A program made the translations under genes and the position numbers. A DNA stretch of 53,922 nucleotides from a virus (Duplodnaviria; Caudoviricetes), in IMG/VR virus record IMGVR_UViG_3300010354_000116, positions 1-53,922 of that record; one strand, written 5' to 3'. The notes beneath the pieces are model-generated. The model searched no databases. It saw only the letters and a list, made by a program, of their open reading frames with translations, and was not told where the DNA came from. Numbering within the stretch: position 1 is the stretch's first letter; each line of letters begins with the position of its first letter. This document shows positions 19,099 to 28,929 of this stretch, one piece after another.

Positions 19099-20148
19099 AT
19101 GGCGACGTACGTTAACAATCTCCGCCTTAAAGAAATCACTACCGGTGACGAGGATGGCACTTGGGGCACGAGCACCAACACCAACCTTGAGCTGATTGCC
19201 GATGCGTTTGGCTACAGCACCGAGCAGCTGGCCGCCAATGCGGACGAGACGTTCACCATGACCGACGGCACCGCCGACGGCGTGCGGGCTCTGTACCTCA
19301 AGCTCACCTCCGCTGTCTCGCTGTCTGCTACGCGCACGGTGACTCTGGCTCCCAACACGGTCAGCAAGGTCTGGATCATCGAGAACGCCACCACTGGCGG
19401 TCAGTCGATTACGATTTCTCAGGGTTCCGGCAGCACGGTAACCATCGCCAACGGCACCAAGGCTATGGTGTACACCGACGGCGCAGGCGCTACCGCTGCA
19501 GTGGTTCTGGCGATTCCTAATATCCCCGTAGCCAACGGAGGTACCGGAGCAACGACTCTCACCGCCAACAACGTGATCCTCGGTAACGGCGGTTCTGCCG
19601 TTCAGTTTGTAGCACCCGGCACCAGCGGCAACGTCCTGACATCAAATGGTACAACGTGGCAGTCAACAACCCCGGCAGCAGGCATCTCCCTTAGCGCCGA
19701 CAATACGTGGACTGGCACACAGACATTTTCGGGGACATCTGCCAAGTTTGGTGTTGTGCTTTCTGATGCCGCTGAAGTCGCTACTGTTTCGGCAACTGCG
19801 GCTACTGGCACAATCAACTACGACATCACTACGCAGTCAGTCCTGTACTACACCAGCAACGCATCAGCCAACTGGACTGTTAACTTTAGGGCATCTAGCG
19901 GAACCAGTCTGGACACGGCAATGACTACAGGCCAGTCGGTTACTGCGGCTTTCCTAGTCACTCAAGGCGCTACGGCTTACTACAACAGCGCAGTTCAGGT
20001 GGATGGCTCTAGCGTAACTCCCAAGTGGCAGGGCGGCACTGCTCCGACTGCGGGCAATGCTTCCGGTATTGACGCTTACGTTTATACGATCATCAAGACA
20101 GGTTCCGCAGCATTTACTGTGTTGGCTTCGCTGACGAGGTTTGCATAA
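19099..20148 (+). CDS. putative tail fibre protein (cassette 2)
   Basis: WGTSTNTNLELI N-terminal domain; PVANGGTGAT and GTSGNVLTSNG fibre motifs; C-terminal KWQGGTAPT. Confidence 0.7.
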   Translation: MATYVNNLRLKEITTGDEDGTWGTSTNTNLELIADAFGYSTEQLAANADETFTMTDGTADGVRALYLKLTSAVSLSATRTVTLAPNTVSKVWIIENATTGGQSITISQGSGSTVTIANGTKAMVYTDGAGATAAVVLAIPNIPVANGGTGATTLTANNVILGNGGSAVQFVAPGTSGNVLTSNGTTWQSTTPAAGISLSADNTWTGTQTFSGTSAKFGVVLSDAAEVATVSATAATGTINYDITTQSVLYYTSNASANWTVNFRASSGTSLDTAMTTGQSVTAAFLVTQGATAYYNSAVQVDGSSVTPKWQGGTAPTAGNASGIDAYVYTIIKTGSAAFTVLASLTRFA

Positions 20149-22070
20149 TGCCGTTGCTTGAGACTAAGGGCGCTGCATCTGCTCAAGGGTTCGGAGAGTT
20201 CTCTAGCTCTGCTGCGGTTAATTACATCGAGGATGTGTTCTCCACCTACCTCTACACCGGCAACGGTTCTACGCAGACCATAACCAACGGGATTGATCTG
20301 TCTACGAAGGGTGGATTAGTTTGGATGAAGGGCCGATCAGGCGCAACAAACCATGCCTTGTACGACACTGTTCGCGGGGCTACAAAAGACCTTGTAAGCA
20401 ACAGCACAGCCGCAGAAACCACGCAAGCTACTGGATTGACCGCATTCAGCGGGACAGGCTTTAGCATTGGCGCACTTGCAAAACTAAACACCAACGCTGC
20501 TACCTACGCTTCATGGACATTCCGCGAGCAGGCGAAGTTCTTTGATATTGTGACGTATACGGGGAATTCCACAGCGAGGACTATTGCCCACAATTTGGGT
20601 TCAGTACCGGGCTGCATAATAATTAAGTGGGTTAATACTGCTGGGGATTGGACTGTCTATCATAGAGGGATAGGTAATCAGACAATTTTGCGGCTTAACT
20701 CTACTTCGGACACTTCATCTTTCGGAAATTCAGCTACTTATTGGAATAATACTGACCCGACTAGCACTCATTTTAGTCTTGGCAATGGCTCGGACGCAAA
20801 TCTAAATGGTTACAATTACATAGCATACCTCTTCGCCCATGACGCTGGCGGCTTTGGTCTGAATGGTACAGACAATGTGATTTCGTGTGGCTCGTTTACG
20901 ACTGACGGTAGTGGTAATGCCACAGTTACTCTTGGATATGAGCCGCAGTGGGCAATGGTGAAAAATAGCAGCGCCGCAGAGAATTGGCTCCTTAAAGACA
21001 ACATGAGGGGAACCCCAGTTGGAACCGCTGGGCCTGTTCTTTATCCAAATAGCTCTAGCGCAGAGGGAAACTTCCAAACGCTTTCTCCTACCGCTACTGG
21101 ATTTTCAATTAGTGGTTTAGGTGGATCAGCAACCTACATCTACATCGCCATACGCCGTGGCCCGATGAAAGCGCCGACTATCGGGACGCAGATAGCTAAT
21201 CCGAAAGGGCTTGTCACATTAACGTCAGGGCAGACCGTAACGACTGGGTTCGTCACCGATATGTCGATTGCCAAGTTCAACGGCACACAGGAATGGCTGC
21301 TTAGTGACAGGTTGAGGAACGCTGTTCTTTATCCCAACACGACTGACAGCGAAGGTGCCTTGTATGGCACTGCTGGGCCTAGGCCGTTTGACGTTCAGGA
21401 CGGGTTCAAGACTTCAGGCATAAGTGGCAGCTACGCGCTCTGGGGATTCCGTCGCGCCCCCGGCTTCATGGATGTGGTTTGCTATACGGGGACGGGTTCT
21501 GCCACAACATTCAGCCACAACTTGGGCGTAGTGCCTGAGATGATGATTGTGAAGAGGCGCAACACTGCTGCCGATTGGTGGGTGTATGACGCTACCACGG
21601 GCAACACCAAGTATCAGGTGCTGAACAGCACGGCTACGCCGACCACTTCGTCAACAGCGTGGAACAACACCACGCCAACCAGCAGTGTGTTCAGTGTGGG
21701 CACAGGAACGCCCGTAAACGCATCGGCGGGCACATACGTCGCCTACCTTTTCGCCACCGTAGCAGGCGTGAGCAAAGTCGGCAGCTACACCGGCACAGGC
21801 ACAACAAACCAGATCAACTGCGGCTTTACAACTGGCGCAAGGTTTGTACTCATCAAGCGTACCGACACTACTGGTAATTGGCATTTGTACGACAGTGGGC
21901 AAGGTATCGTAGCGGGCAATGATCCATATTTCTTGGTGAATACCGATAGTGGGCAGTTCACAGGGACGGACTATGTGGACACCTACAGCGCAGGATTTGA
22001 ACTAAGCAGCACAGCACCAGCTGGGTTAAATGCTAACGGCGGCACATATATCTTCTTGGCTATCGCGTAG
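20148..22070 (+). CDS. YTG(N/T)G-repeat virion protein, putative receptor-binding protein
   Basis: Repeated ~100-aa domains starting YTGNG/YTGTG, with HNLG.VP..IIVK and YxAYLFA. Confidence 0.7.
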   Translation: MPLLETKGAASAQGFGEFSSSAAVNYIEDVFSTYLYTGNGSTQTITNGIDLSTKGGLVWMKGRSGATNHALYDTVRGATKDLVSNSTAAETTQATGLTAFSGTGFSIGALAKLNTNAATYASWTFREQAKFFDIVTYTGNSTARTIAHNLGSVPGCIIIKWVNTAGDWTVYHRGIGNQTILRLNSTSDTSSFGNSATYWNNTDPTSTHFSLGNGSDANLNGYNYIAYLFAHDAGGFGLNGTDNVISCGSFTTDGSGNATVTLGYEPQWAMVKNSSAAENWLLKDNMRGTPVGTAGPVLYPNSSSAEGNFQTLSPTATGFSISGLGGSATYIYIAIRRGPMKAPTIGTQIANPKGLVTLTSGQTVTTGFVTDMSIAKFNGTQEWLLSDRLRNAVLYPNTTDSEGALYGTAGPRPFDVQDGFKTSGISGSYALWGFRRAPGFMDVVCYTGTGSATTFSHNLGVVPEMMIVKRRNTAADWWVYDATTGNTKYQVLNSTATPTTSSTAWNNTTPTSSVFSVGTGTPVNASAGTYVAYLFATVAGVSKVGSYTGTGTTNQINCGFTTGARFVLIKRTDTTGNWHLYDSGQGIVAGNDPYFLVNTDSGQFTGTDYVDTYSAGFELSSTAPAGLNANGGTYIFLAIA

Positions 22071-22078
22071 AGGTAAAC

Positions 22079-22570
22079 ATGGGTTACAGAATCAGAAGCA
22101 ATGGCGCAGTTATGCTTGAAAGCGAGCTACGTCAGTGGGCCAAGGATAACAACGGCCCATCATGGGGTGTCACTACGCCCGAAGTCTTGGAGGCGCTTGG
22201 AGCTGATCCAGTATTTGAAGGCCAGCAAGCTAGTGGTGGCACGGTGTATCAGTACAGCCAAAGATCAGGCGTAGAGCAGATCGAGGGCAAGTGGTATACG
22301 AAATATATCCTTGGCCCTGTGTTCACTGACGGCGAGACAACAGCAGCAGAACAGGAAGCAGCTTATAAAGCTCAGAAGGATTTAGAGTTTGCCAAGTCTG
22401 CCCGCGATACACGAGACCGCTTGCTGTCAGAATGCGACTGGGTGGTGGTGAAGGCGCTGGAGTCTAGTCAGGCTATTCCTACCGAGTGGGCCACCTACCG
22501 CCAAGCACTTCGTGATCTACCACAACAGGCGGGCTTCCCTGTTACGATTGTTTGGCCTGTGAAGCCGTAA
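22079..22570 (+). CDS. tail fibre assembly chaperone (Tfa-like)
   Basis: RDRLLSECDW...WATYRQALRDLPQQAGFPVTIVWPVKP; paralogous to 17667-18104. Confidence 0.85.
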   Translation: MGYRIRSNGAVMLESELRQWAKDNNGPSWGVTTPEVLEALGADPVFEGQQASGGTVYQYSQRSGVEQIEGKWYTKYILGPVFTDGETTAAEQEAAYKAQKDLEFAKSARDTRDRLLSECDWVVVKALESSQAIPTEWATYRQALRDLPQQAGFPVTIVWPVKP

Positions 22571-22576
22571 GGAGCA

Positions 22577-22822
22577 GTGATGAATATCGACGAAATAGCT
22601 TTACGTCAAATCGTCCGCGAGGAAATGAAGTCGGCTTTGAAAGAGGTCGGGCTGCACGATGATGACGCTGGGACGGATGTTCGTGACCTTCGCTCACTGA
22701 TTACCGACTGGCGCGGCATTAAAAAGACTATCTGGCAGACCATTGCTAGGGCAGGGACTATTTTCGTTCTCGGCCTGCTTATGCTCGGTGGGTGGAACAA
22801 GATCAACGGCAATGGTGAGTAA
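22577..22822 (+). CDS. small membrane protein, lysis region
   Basis: C-terminal hydrophobic helix; TAAGGAG SD. Confidence 0.65.
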   Translation: MMNIDEIALRQIVREEMKSALKEVGLHDDDAGTDVRDLRSLITDWRGIKKTIWQTIARAGTIFVLGLLMLGGWNKINGNGE

Positions 22823-22824
22823 CC

Positions 22825-23295
22825 ATGCTCGATCCTGTCTCGGCCATGGCGATTGCCACCTCGGCATACAATGTCCTTAAAAAAGGCATCGAGGTAGGCC
22901 GTGAGCTGGAGGACATGGGCGGGCAACTGGGAACGTGGTTCGGTGCGATTGCTGACGTAAAAGCGGCTGACGAAGAAGCTGCTGATCCACCTCTCTTTAA
23001 GAAGATGTTTGCTAGGTCTTCGGTTGAGCAGGAAGCGATTGAGAACCTGATGCGTCGCAAGAAAATTGAGCAGCAAGAGCGTGAGCTAAGAGAGATGATT
23101 GTTTACCGATTCGGGGTAGATGCGTATCGGGACATGATTAAAGACCGCAACAGCATCAGAGACGCCCGCAAAAGAGCAGTTGATGCCCGCGCCAGACGAA
23201 TCAAGAAACTTGTTTTAAATGCCGTCGCCATTGCGCTCATTGCGCTGATAGTGGCGATACCGATTGTGGCTGCAATAGTGATTATGAGGATGTAA
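22825..23295 (+). CDS. membrane-anchored hypothetical protein
   Basis: Coiled coil followed by a long C-terminal hydrophobic segment. Confidence 0.7.
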   Translation: MLDPVSAMAIATSAYNVLKKGIEVGRELEDMGGQLGTWFGAIADVKAADEEAADPPLFKKMFARSSVEQEAIENLMRRKKIEQQERELREMIVYRFGVDAYRDMIKDRNSIRDARKRAVDARARRIKKLVLNAVAIALIALIVAIPIVAAIVIMRM

Positions 23296-23297
23296 GT

Positions 23298-23783
23298 ATG
23301 ATGACCCTACTTTCCACGCTGCTGGGCTTCGCTTCCGGCGGTCTGCCAAAGGTTCTCGACTTTTTCCAAGACCGTGGCGACAAGAAACACGAGCTGGCAT
23401 TGATGGCTATGCAGCGTGAGCGCGAGATTGCTCTGGCGAAAGAGGGTTATATTGCACAGGCCAAAGTCGAAGAAATTAAGACCGAGCAGATTGCCATGCA
23501 GACACAAGCCCAAGAGAAGTTGGCGATGTGGAAGCACGACATGAAGATTGGCGAAGGGGCCAGCACTTGGGTGATCAACCTTCGCGCCAGTGTGAGACCC
23601 GTGGTCACATATCTGTTTGTTGGCCTTTTGATTACCGTTGATGTTGCGGGAATCTGGTACGCATATTCAACCGGAGTGGCATTTGCAGATGCGATGGATC
23701 AGGTTTTTTCGGACGATGAGATGAGCATATTGGCCGCAATTATCGCGTTTTGGTTCGGGTCGCAGGCTTTCTCCAAGAAATGA
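23298..23783 (+). CDS. putative holin
   Basis: SVRPVVTY and IIAFWFGSQ motifs, 2-3 hydrophobic segments, directly upstream of lysozyme. Confidence 0.6.
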   Translation: MMTLLSTLLGFASGGLPKVLDFFQDRGDKKHELALMAMQREREIALAKEGYIAQAKVEEIKTEQIAMQTQAQEKLAMWKHDMKIGEGASTWVINLRASVRPVVTYLFVGLLITVDVAGIWYAYSTGVAFADAMDQVFSDDEMSILAAIIAFWFGSQAFSKK

Positions 23784-24247
23784 GCGATTTGATAAAAGCG
23801 TTTGAGGGGTGCCATAACACCCCCTATTTATGCCCAGCGACGCTGTGGACGGTCGGCTATGGTCATGTTCTTTACCCGGATCAAGCTAGACTCAAAGCCG
23901 ACGAAAGACCTGCGTATCCACTTAAACCAGAACACAACAGGGTCTGGGATGCTGACGAAATTGATGCGCTTCTTGCGGAGGATTTACATCGCTTTGAGGC
24001 TGGGATATTACGATTATGTCCTGCTGCTGCTGATAATGACCGCCATTTTGCAGCGTTGGTCAGCTTTGCGTTCAATGTGGGGCTAGGAAATCTTCAGGCG
24101 TCAACCCTGCGGATGAAGTACAATCGCGGGGACTACTCTGGCGCGGCAGACGAGTTTCTCAAGTGGCGCAAGTCAAATGGCGTTGTTTTAAGAGGACTTG
24201 AAAGGCGCAGAGAAGCGGAACGGGCGCTGTTCTTATCTGGGGGTTAA
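23780..24247 (+). CDS. endolysin, GH24 phage lysozyme
   Basis: IKAFEG...PYLCPATLWTVGYGH, ALVSFAFNVG, GLERRREAERALF; ATG at 23780 overlaps the holin stop. Confidence 0.92.
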   Translation: MSDLIKAFEGCHNTPYLCPATLWTVGYGHVLYPDQARLKADERPAYPLKPEHNRVWDADEIDALLAEDLHRFEAGILRLCPAAADNDRHFAALVSFAFNVGLGNLQASTLRMKYNRGDYSGAADEFLKWRKSNGVVLRGLERRREAERALFLSGG

Positions 24248-24252
24248 TCCCA

Positions 24253-26121
24253 ATGCTCAAGAAAATTAAATTCGCTCCGGGAGTAAACCGTGAAAACACG
24301 CGGTACGCTGCCGAGGGTACATGGTACGAGACCAACAAAGTACGGTTTCGCCTTGGGCTGCCCCAGAAAATTGGTGGGTGGCAGCGCCTCTCTGCAAATA
24401 CCTTCTTAGGCATATGCCGCGCTATGACAAACTGGGCCACACTGGCGGGGCAGAACCTCGTGTCGGTGGGCACGAACCTCAAGTATTACATTGAGCGTGG
24501 CGGTAGCTACTTTGACGTGACCCCTATCCGTCTGACTACGGCTGCGGGGGATGTGACTTTTGCGGCAACTAATGGGTCCGCCGTTCTCACGGTTACCGAC
24601 ATAGACCACGGGGCGCAGCAGGGCGACTACGTAACTTTCTCTGGTGCGGTAAGCCTTGGCGGTAACATCACTGCTGCGGTACTGAACCAAGAGTACAGCA
24701 TTGCCTCCATCATCGACGACGACAACTACACCATTGTAGCTACAGCCACGGCAAACTCTTCAGACAGCGGAGACGGCGGAGCTGCCGTCGTGGCGGCGTA
24801 CCAGATACCTGTAGGTAACGAGCTGGAAGTGCCATTTACCGGGTGGGGTGCAGGGCGCTGGGGGTTTGGTACGTGGGGCTTTGGCGGTACGACAATCGCT
24901 CCCATGCGGTTGTGGAGCCAGAACAACTTCGGTGAGGACTTGTTCTTTACGTACCGTGGCGGCAAGCCGTTTTACTGGGACGCATCCGGCGGGGTGACTA
25001 CTCGGGCGGTGTACGTATCGTCTTTGGGCGGCGCGTCCGACGTTCCTACTGTCGCTAATATTGCGTTCGTGTCTGACATTTTCCGGTTTGCTTTCTGTTT
25101 TGGGGCTAACGAGATAGGCAGTGCCGTCATAGACCCCATGCTGATCCGTTGGTCGGACCAAGAGGACGTAGCTAATTGGACGCCTTCTACGACCAACCAA
25201 GCCGGTAGTTTGCGGGTGTCAAAAGGCACGCAGATTATTACAGTCAAACAAGCCCGCCAAGAAGTACTCGTATTCACCGACTCGGCAGTTTACGGCCTGC
25301 AGTACCTTGGTGCGCCGGAAGTGTGGGGTGCCCAGCTGTTGGGGGACAACATTACTGTCATCAGTCCAAACGCGGTTACCTACGCCAACAACGTGGCGTA
25401 CTGGATGGGCAAGGACAAGTTCTACTACTACGACGGTACGGTTAAAACCCTGACGTGTACGGTGCGTAGCTACGTGTTCGACGACATCAACAAGCAGCAG
25501 TTCAACCAAGTTGTCTGTGGTACTAACGAGCAGTTCGATGAAATCTGGTGGTTCTACCCGTCTGCGGGGTCTAACGAGAACGACCGCTACGTAATCTACA
25601 ATTACGTCGAGAACGCATGGTATTACGGTACGCTTAGCCGCTCTGCGTGGCTGGACTCCGACTTGCGGGATTACCCCATTGCTGCCACGTACAGCAACAA
25701 CTTGGTTTACCATGAAAACGGAGTGGACTCCAACGAGTCAGGAACCCCCACTGCGATCACGGCGACGATTGTATCCGCCGAGTTTGACGTCGATGACGGC
25801 GACCGCTTCATGCTGATTAACCGGGTACTGCCTGACATCACATTCCAAGGCTCTACTGCAGACGCGCCCTCAGTCTCCATGACGTTGCTGCCGTTGGAGA
25901 ACTCCGGTTCGGGTTACTACAATCCGGCTTCAGTGGGGGGTAACAGCGCCAACACTATCTCCCGTATTACCACGGTGCCTATCGAGGAGTTTACCGGGCA
26001 GGTTTACGTGCGGATAAGAGGCAGGCAAATGGCGTTCAAAATAGAGTCTACGGCCTTGGGTGTTACGTGGAAGCTGGGTGCTCCGCGCTTTGACATGATT
26101 CCGGCGGGGCGTAGAGGCTGA
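24253..26121 (+). CDS. tail hub/stabilisation protein (P22 gp10 / tubular B-like)
   Basis: 622 aa beta-rich; IRWSDQED...AGSLR and EIWWFYPS motifs; precedes the internal virion genes. Confidence 0.65.
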   Translation: MLKKIKFAPGVNRENTRYAAEGTWYETNKVRFRLGLPQKIGGWQRLSANTFLGICRAMTNWATLAGQNLVSVGTNLKYYIERGGSYFDVTPIRLTTAAGDVTFAATNGSAVLTVTDIDHGAQQGDYVTFSGAVSLGGNITAAVLNQEYSIASIIDDDNYTIVATATANSSDSGDGGAAVVAAYQIPVGNELEVPFTGWGAGRWGFGTWGFGGTTIAPMRLWSQNNFGEDLFFTYRGGKPFYWDASGGVTTRAVYVSSLGGASDVPTVANIAFVSDIFRFAFCFGANEIGSAVIDPMLIRWSDQEDVANWTPSTTNQAGSLRVSKGTQIITVKQARQEVLVFTDSAVYGLQYLGAPEVWGAQLLGDNITVISPNAVTYANNVAYWMGKDKFYYYDGTVKTLTCTVRSYVFDDINKQQFNQVVCGTNEQFDEIWWFYPSAGSNENDRYVIYNYVENAWYYGTLSRSAWLDSDLRDYPIAATYSNNLVYHENGVDSNESGTPTAITATIVSAEFDVDDGDRFMLINRVLPDITFQGSTADAPSVSMTLLPLENSGSGYYNPASVGGNSANTISRITTVPIEEFTGQVYVRIRGRQMAFKIESTALGVTWKLGAPRFDMIPAGRRG

Positions 26122-26777
26122 TGTCCATCGAACGGTACCTCGTTAACAAGATACAACCTCCGGCACTCCCAGTGGCACAAGCTGGCCCGCTGCGTACGTA
26201 CTTGGACGACCTGAACAACATCCTACGCTTGTTTTTTGCTCGGGTATCTAACAACGTCAACCTGCTTACAGGCAGCGACGGCGGGCGGTTTATAGACTCG
26301 CCCAACGGGTTGTTTTGGGACAATGCAGACCAGACGCTGACAACGATCAACGTGGGGAAGCCCGTACGGTTTAACCAAACATATCTCAATAATGGTATGA
26401 CAATTAACGGGCCGTCGACGTCACAGATCACACTGACGTACTCAGGGATTTACAATTTCCAGTTCAACGCCATGCTGCGTAGCACGAACGCCAGCAGTAA
26501 AAACTCGTACATTTGGATAAGACGTAACGGTACGGACATAGGGTATTCTGCACGGGACTACGTAATCTCCGGCTCCAACGCCGTTCTGGAGATCAACTGG
26601 AACTTCAACATTGACGTGCAGGCAGGGCAGTATATCGAGATCATGTGGTCCGGAAGCGATACGAACCTGATTTTAGACGCTATAGTCCCTACGTCGCCCC
26701 ACCCCGGCGTGCCCTCTGCAGTGATTGCGGTGATGTTTGTCTCCGTGCTGCCTGATGTAATACCGACACCCCCTTGA
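26121..26777 (+). CDS. putative tail protein
   Basis: 218 aa; C1q/TNF-like pattern SGIYNFQF...WIRRNG...GQYIEIMW. Confidence 0.6.
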   Translation: MSIERYLVNKIQPPALPVAQAGPLRTYLDDLNNILRLFFARVSNNVNLLTGSDGGRFIDSPNGLFWDNADQTLTTINVGKPVRFNQTYLNNGMTINGPSTSQITLTYSGIYNFQFNAMLRSTNASSKNSYIWIRRNGTDIGYSARDYVISGSNAVLEINWNFNIDVQAGQYIEIMWSGSDTNLILDAIVPTSPHPGVPSAVIAVMFVSVLPDVIPTPP

Positions 26778-26782
26778 GGTGA

Positions 26783-28291
26783 ATGATGCCTACTAACATA
26801 GACCCAACCTACGGTGGTGCGGTAAACGCACAGGGGCTTACAAGCCTTCAAAACATTGGAAACGTAGCCAAGGCAGCAGACGTAGCCAGAACAGCAAGTG
26901 CCGGCACCAAGTTTATGGGCGTAGACCCGGCGAGTATTATTTTTTCCTCCTTCGTTAATTGGATGCTTGGGCGAGGCAACGACGGCCCTGCTGCTGTAGA
27001 GACAACCCCAGAAATGGCAACGCAGCAGCTTTACGATTACTTACAGAGTAGTGAAGGCCAGCTTCCTGAAGGCGCAACTGAAGGACGCGACGTCCAGTAT
27101 CAAGGGTTGTATGACCGCGCTTCAGAACTTGGCATGACTGATCTTGCGGGAATGGCAGCGCAGAGCCCCTATGTAACAAGCTACGCGTCGCCTATTGAAG
27201 CCATACAAGGCGGAGTGAAAGACGCAACAACCGCAGTGGGTGGAGTAATTGATACGGGCCTGCAGCAGTTGGGCGCATTGATGGGTATGGGCGATCCCAG
27301 CCTTGTTGTGTTGAACCCGGTAAACCCTACCGCGTCCGTCGTTTACGGTACTCCGCAAGGCAGCGCCACGCCTACCATCATTGGCAATATGCCGAGAAGC
27401 GGAGCCCCTGTAGGAGTGGTTACCGGCATCCCTGCGCTGGATGATATTCTTGCTGGGGTGTTTAATCAGCGGGGGCAAGGCGGGAAAAGCCTTGAAGAAA
27501 TTATCCGGGGGGTTGTGCTGGATAAGGTTGGAGAAGAGTCGGGGGTTCCTGTTGCCGGTGTGGCAGGGGCTATCGAAGGCGGCTTGGGCGGAGACTTTGA
27601 CAAAGTAGTTGATAGCGTAAGAAACGTCGTCTTGCAGGTAGATAAAAAACTGGAAGAGGAAGCTCGCGTCGACCCGTTCTCTATTATTAAAGGCCCAGCG
27701 GCATCTGAGCAGATTGGTCCTGTGCAGACCGTCGATTCTACTACCCAAATAAAAGGCCCAGCGGCATCTGAGCAGATTGGCCCTGTGCAGACCGTCGATT
27801 CTACTACCCAAATAAAAGGCCCAGCGGCATCTGAGCAGATTGGTCCTGTGCAGACGGTTGATCCGTTCTCTATTATTAAAGGCCCAGCGGCATCTGAGCA
27901 GATTGGTCCTGTAAACACCACAACCACTGACACCACGGGCGATACCAAAACCACAACCACCGACACAACGGGCGATACAGATGCCGACGTTGTTGACGAC
28001 GTTAGAACCATCCTCGGGGAAACCTCAGACAACAAAATTGTCACGGCAACACCGAGCGTTCCGGTTCCTACCGTCACTACCCCCCTGTACGGTCAAGGCA
28101 TTCGTGGGATGAAAACGGAAAAAGCCGGGGTAACCCCGATAGAAGATGTCTTTGATATTAGTGACTTGTCCCTCGCCAACGTGCTGAGTTTGCTGGCCGG
28201 TGAAGGTGACAATACCCAACGCGCCCCGTATTATGGCGGCGGTACTGTGGATAGCAGCGTAGACGAAATACTGCGTCTACTTAGAGGGTGA
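26783..28291 (+). CDS. putative internal virion protein with tandem repeats
   Basis: 502 aa low complexity; GAGGT SD. Confidence 0.65.
   Translation: MMPTNIDPTYGGAVNAQGLTSLQNIGNVAKAADVARTASAGTKFMGVDPASIIFSSFVNWMLGRGNDGPAAVETTPEMATQQLYDYLQSSEGQLPEGATEGRDVQYQGLYDRASELGMTDLAGMAAQSPYVTSYASPIEAIQGGVKDATTAVGGVIDTGLQQLGALMGMGDPSLVVLNPVNPTASVVYGTPQGSATPTIIGNMPRSGAPVGVVTGIPALDDILAGVFNQRGQGGKSLEEIIRGVVLDKVGEESGVPVAGVAGAIEGGLGGDFDKVVDSVRNVVLQVDKKLEEEARVDPFSIIKGPAASEQIGPVQTVDSTTQIKGPAASEQIGPVQTVDSTTQIKGPAASEQIGPVQTVDPFSIIKGPAASEQIGPVNTTTTDTTGDTKTTTTDTTGDTDADVVDDVRTILGETSDNKIVTATPSVPVPTVTTPLYGQGIRGMKTEKAGVTPIEDVFDISDLSLANVLSLLAGEGDNTQRAPYYGGGTVDSSVDEILRLLRG
27668..27980 (+). repeat. in-frame 63-bp tandem repeat (about 4 copies) plus a 33-bp duplication
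   Basis: Core AAAGGCCCAGCGGCATCTGAGCAGATTGG four times at 63-nt spacing; then TTTTDTTGDT twice. Confidence 0.92.
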
Positions 28292-28295
28292 TGAT

Positions 28296-28919
28296 ATGGA
28301 TGGAATTGCCGATTTTTTGAAAGGGTTTATTTTTAAAGACGACGGCAGCGTTGACCCGGTAAAAGCCGCCACCACAGCTGCAGGGTTAGCTGCACTGTAC
28401 GGGTCTTTAAAGCCAGAAAGCAGCATAGGCCAGTTTATTGGCGCGGGTAGCCGCCAACAGCCCATTGGTTATACTGGGGGAATTCCTCAGTATAGAGCAG
28501 AACGCAATGTCCTCCCCACTGCGTTCGCTACTACGACCCCGACTGGGGAACCCCGCCGTCCGGGCAGCGGCGGGCGTCGCTATTTTACAGATATAGTTTA
28601 CACCCCCACAGGTGAGGTTATGCCTCGGTTCGCTCAAGGTGGTATTGCCTCTCTGGCCCCCTCTCGCGGGTACTACTTGGGCGGGGCAACCGATGGTATG
28701 GCAGATGAGATTCCTGCTACTATTGAAGCCACAGAGCCCGTTACGCTTAGCGACGGTGAGTTCGTGATCCCCGCAGATGTTGTCAGCCACCTCGGCAATG
28801 GCAATTCCGATGCCGGTGCGAAGATGCTTTACTCCATGATGGACCGCATACGCCAAGCCCGCACAGGGCGCAAAGAGCAAGGGCGTAGAATCAATCCGAA
28901 CAAGTATCTCCCCGCGTGA
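28296..28919 (+). CDS. putative internal virion protein
   Basis: FAQGG and GATDGMADEIPA...LSDGEFVIPADVVSHLGNGNSDAGA. Confidence 0.7.
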   Translation: MDGIADFLKGFIFKDDGSVDPVKAATTAAGLAALYGSLKPESSIGQFIGAGSRQQPIGYTGGIPQYRAERNVLPTAFATTTPTGEPRRPGSGGRRYFTDIVYTPTGEVMPRFAQGGIASLAPSRGYYLGGATDGMADEIPATIEATEPVTLSDGEFVIPADVVSHLGNGNSDAGAKMLYSMMDRIRQARTGRKEQGRRINPNKYLPA

Positions 28920-28929
28920 GGTAGAGAAC

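Noticed and set aside
27668-27913. 63-bp periodicity resembling a mini-CRISPR
   Set aside because: Intervening segments are themselves repeated and the whole region is in-frame coding sequence.
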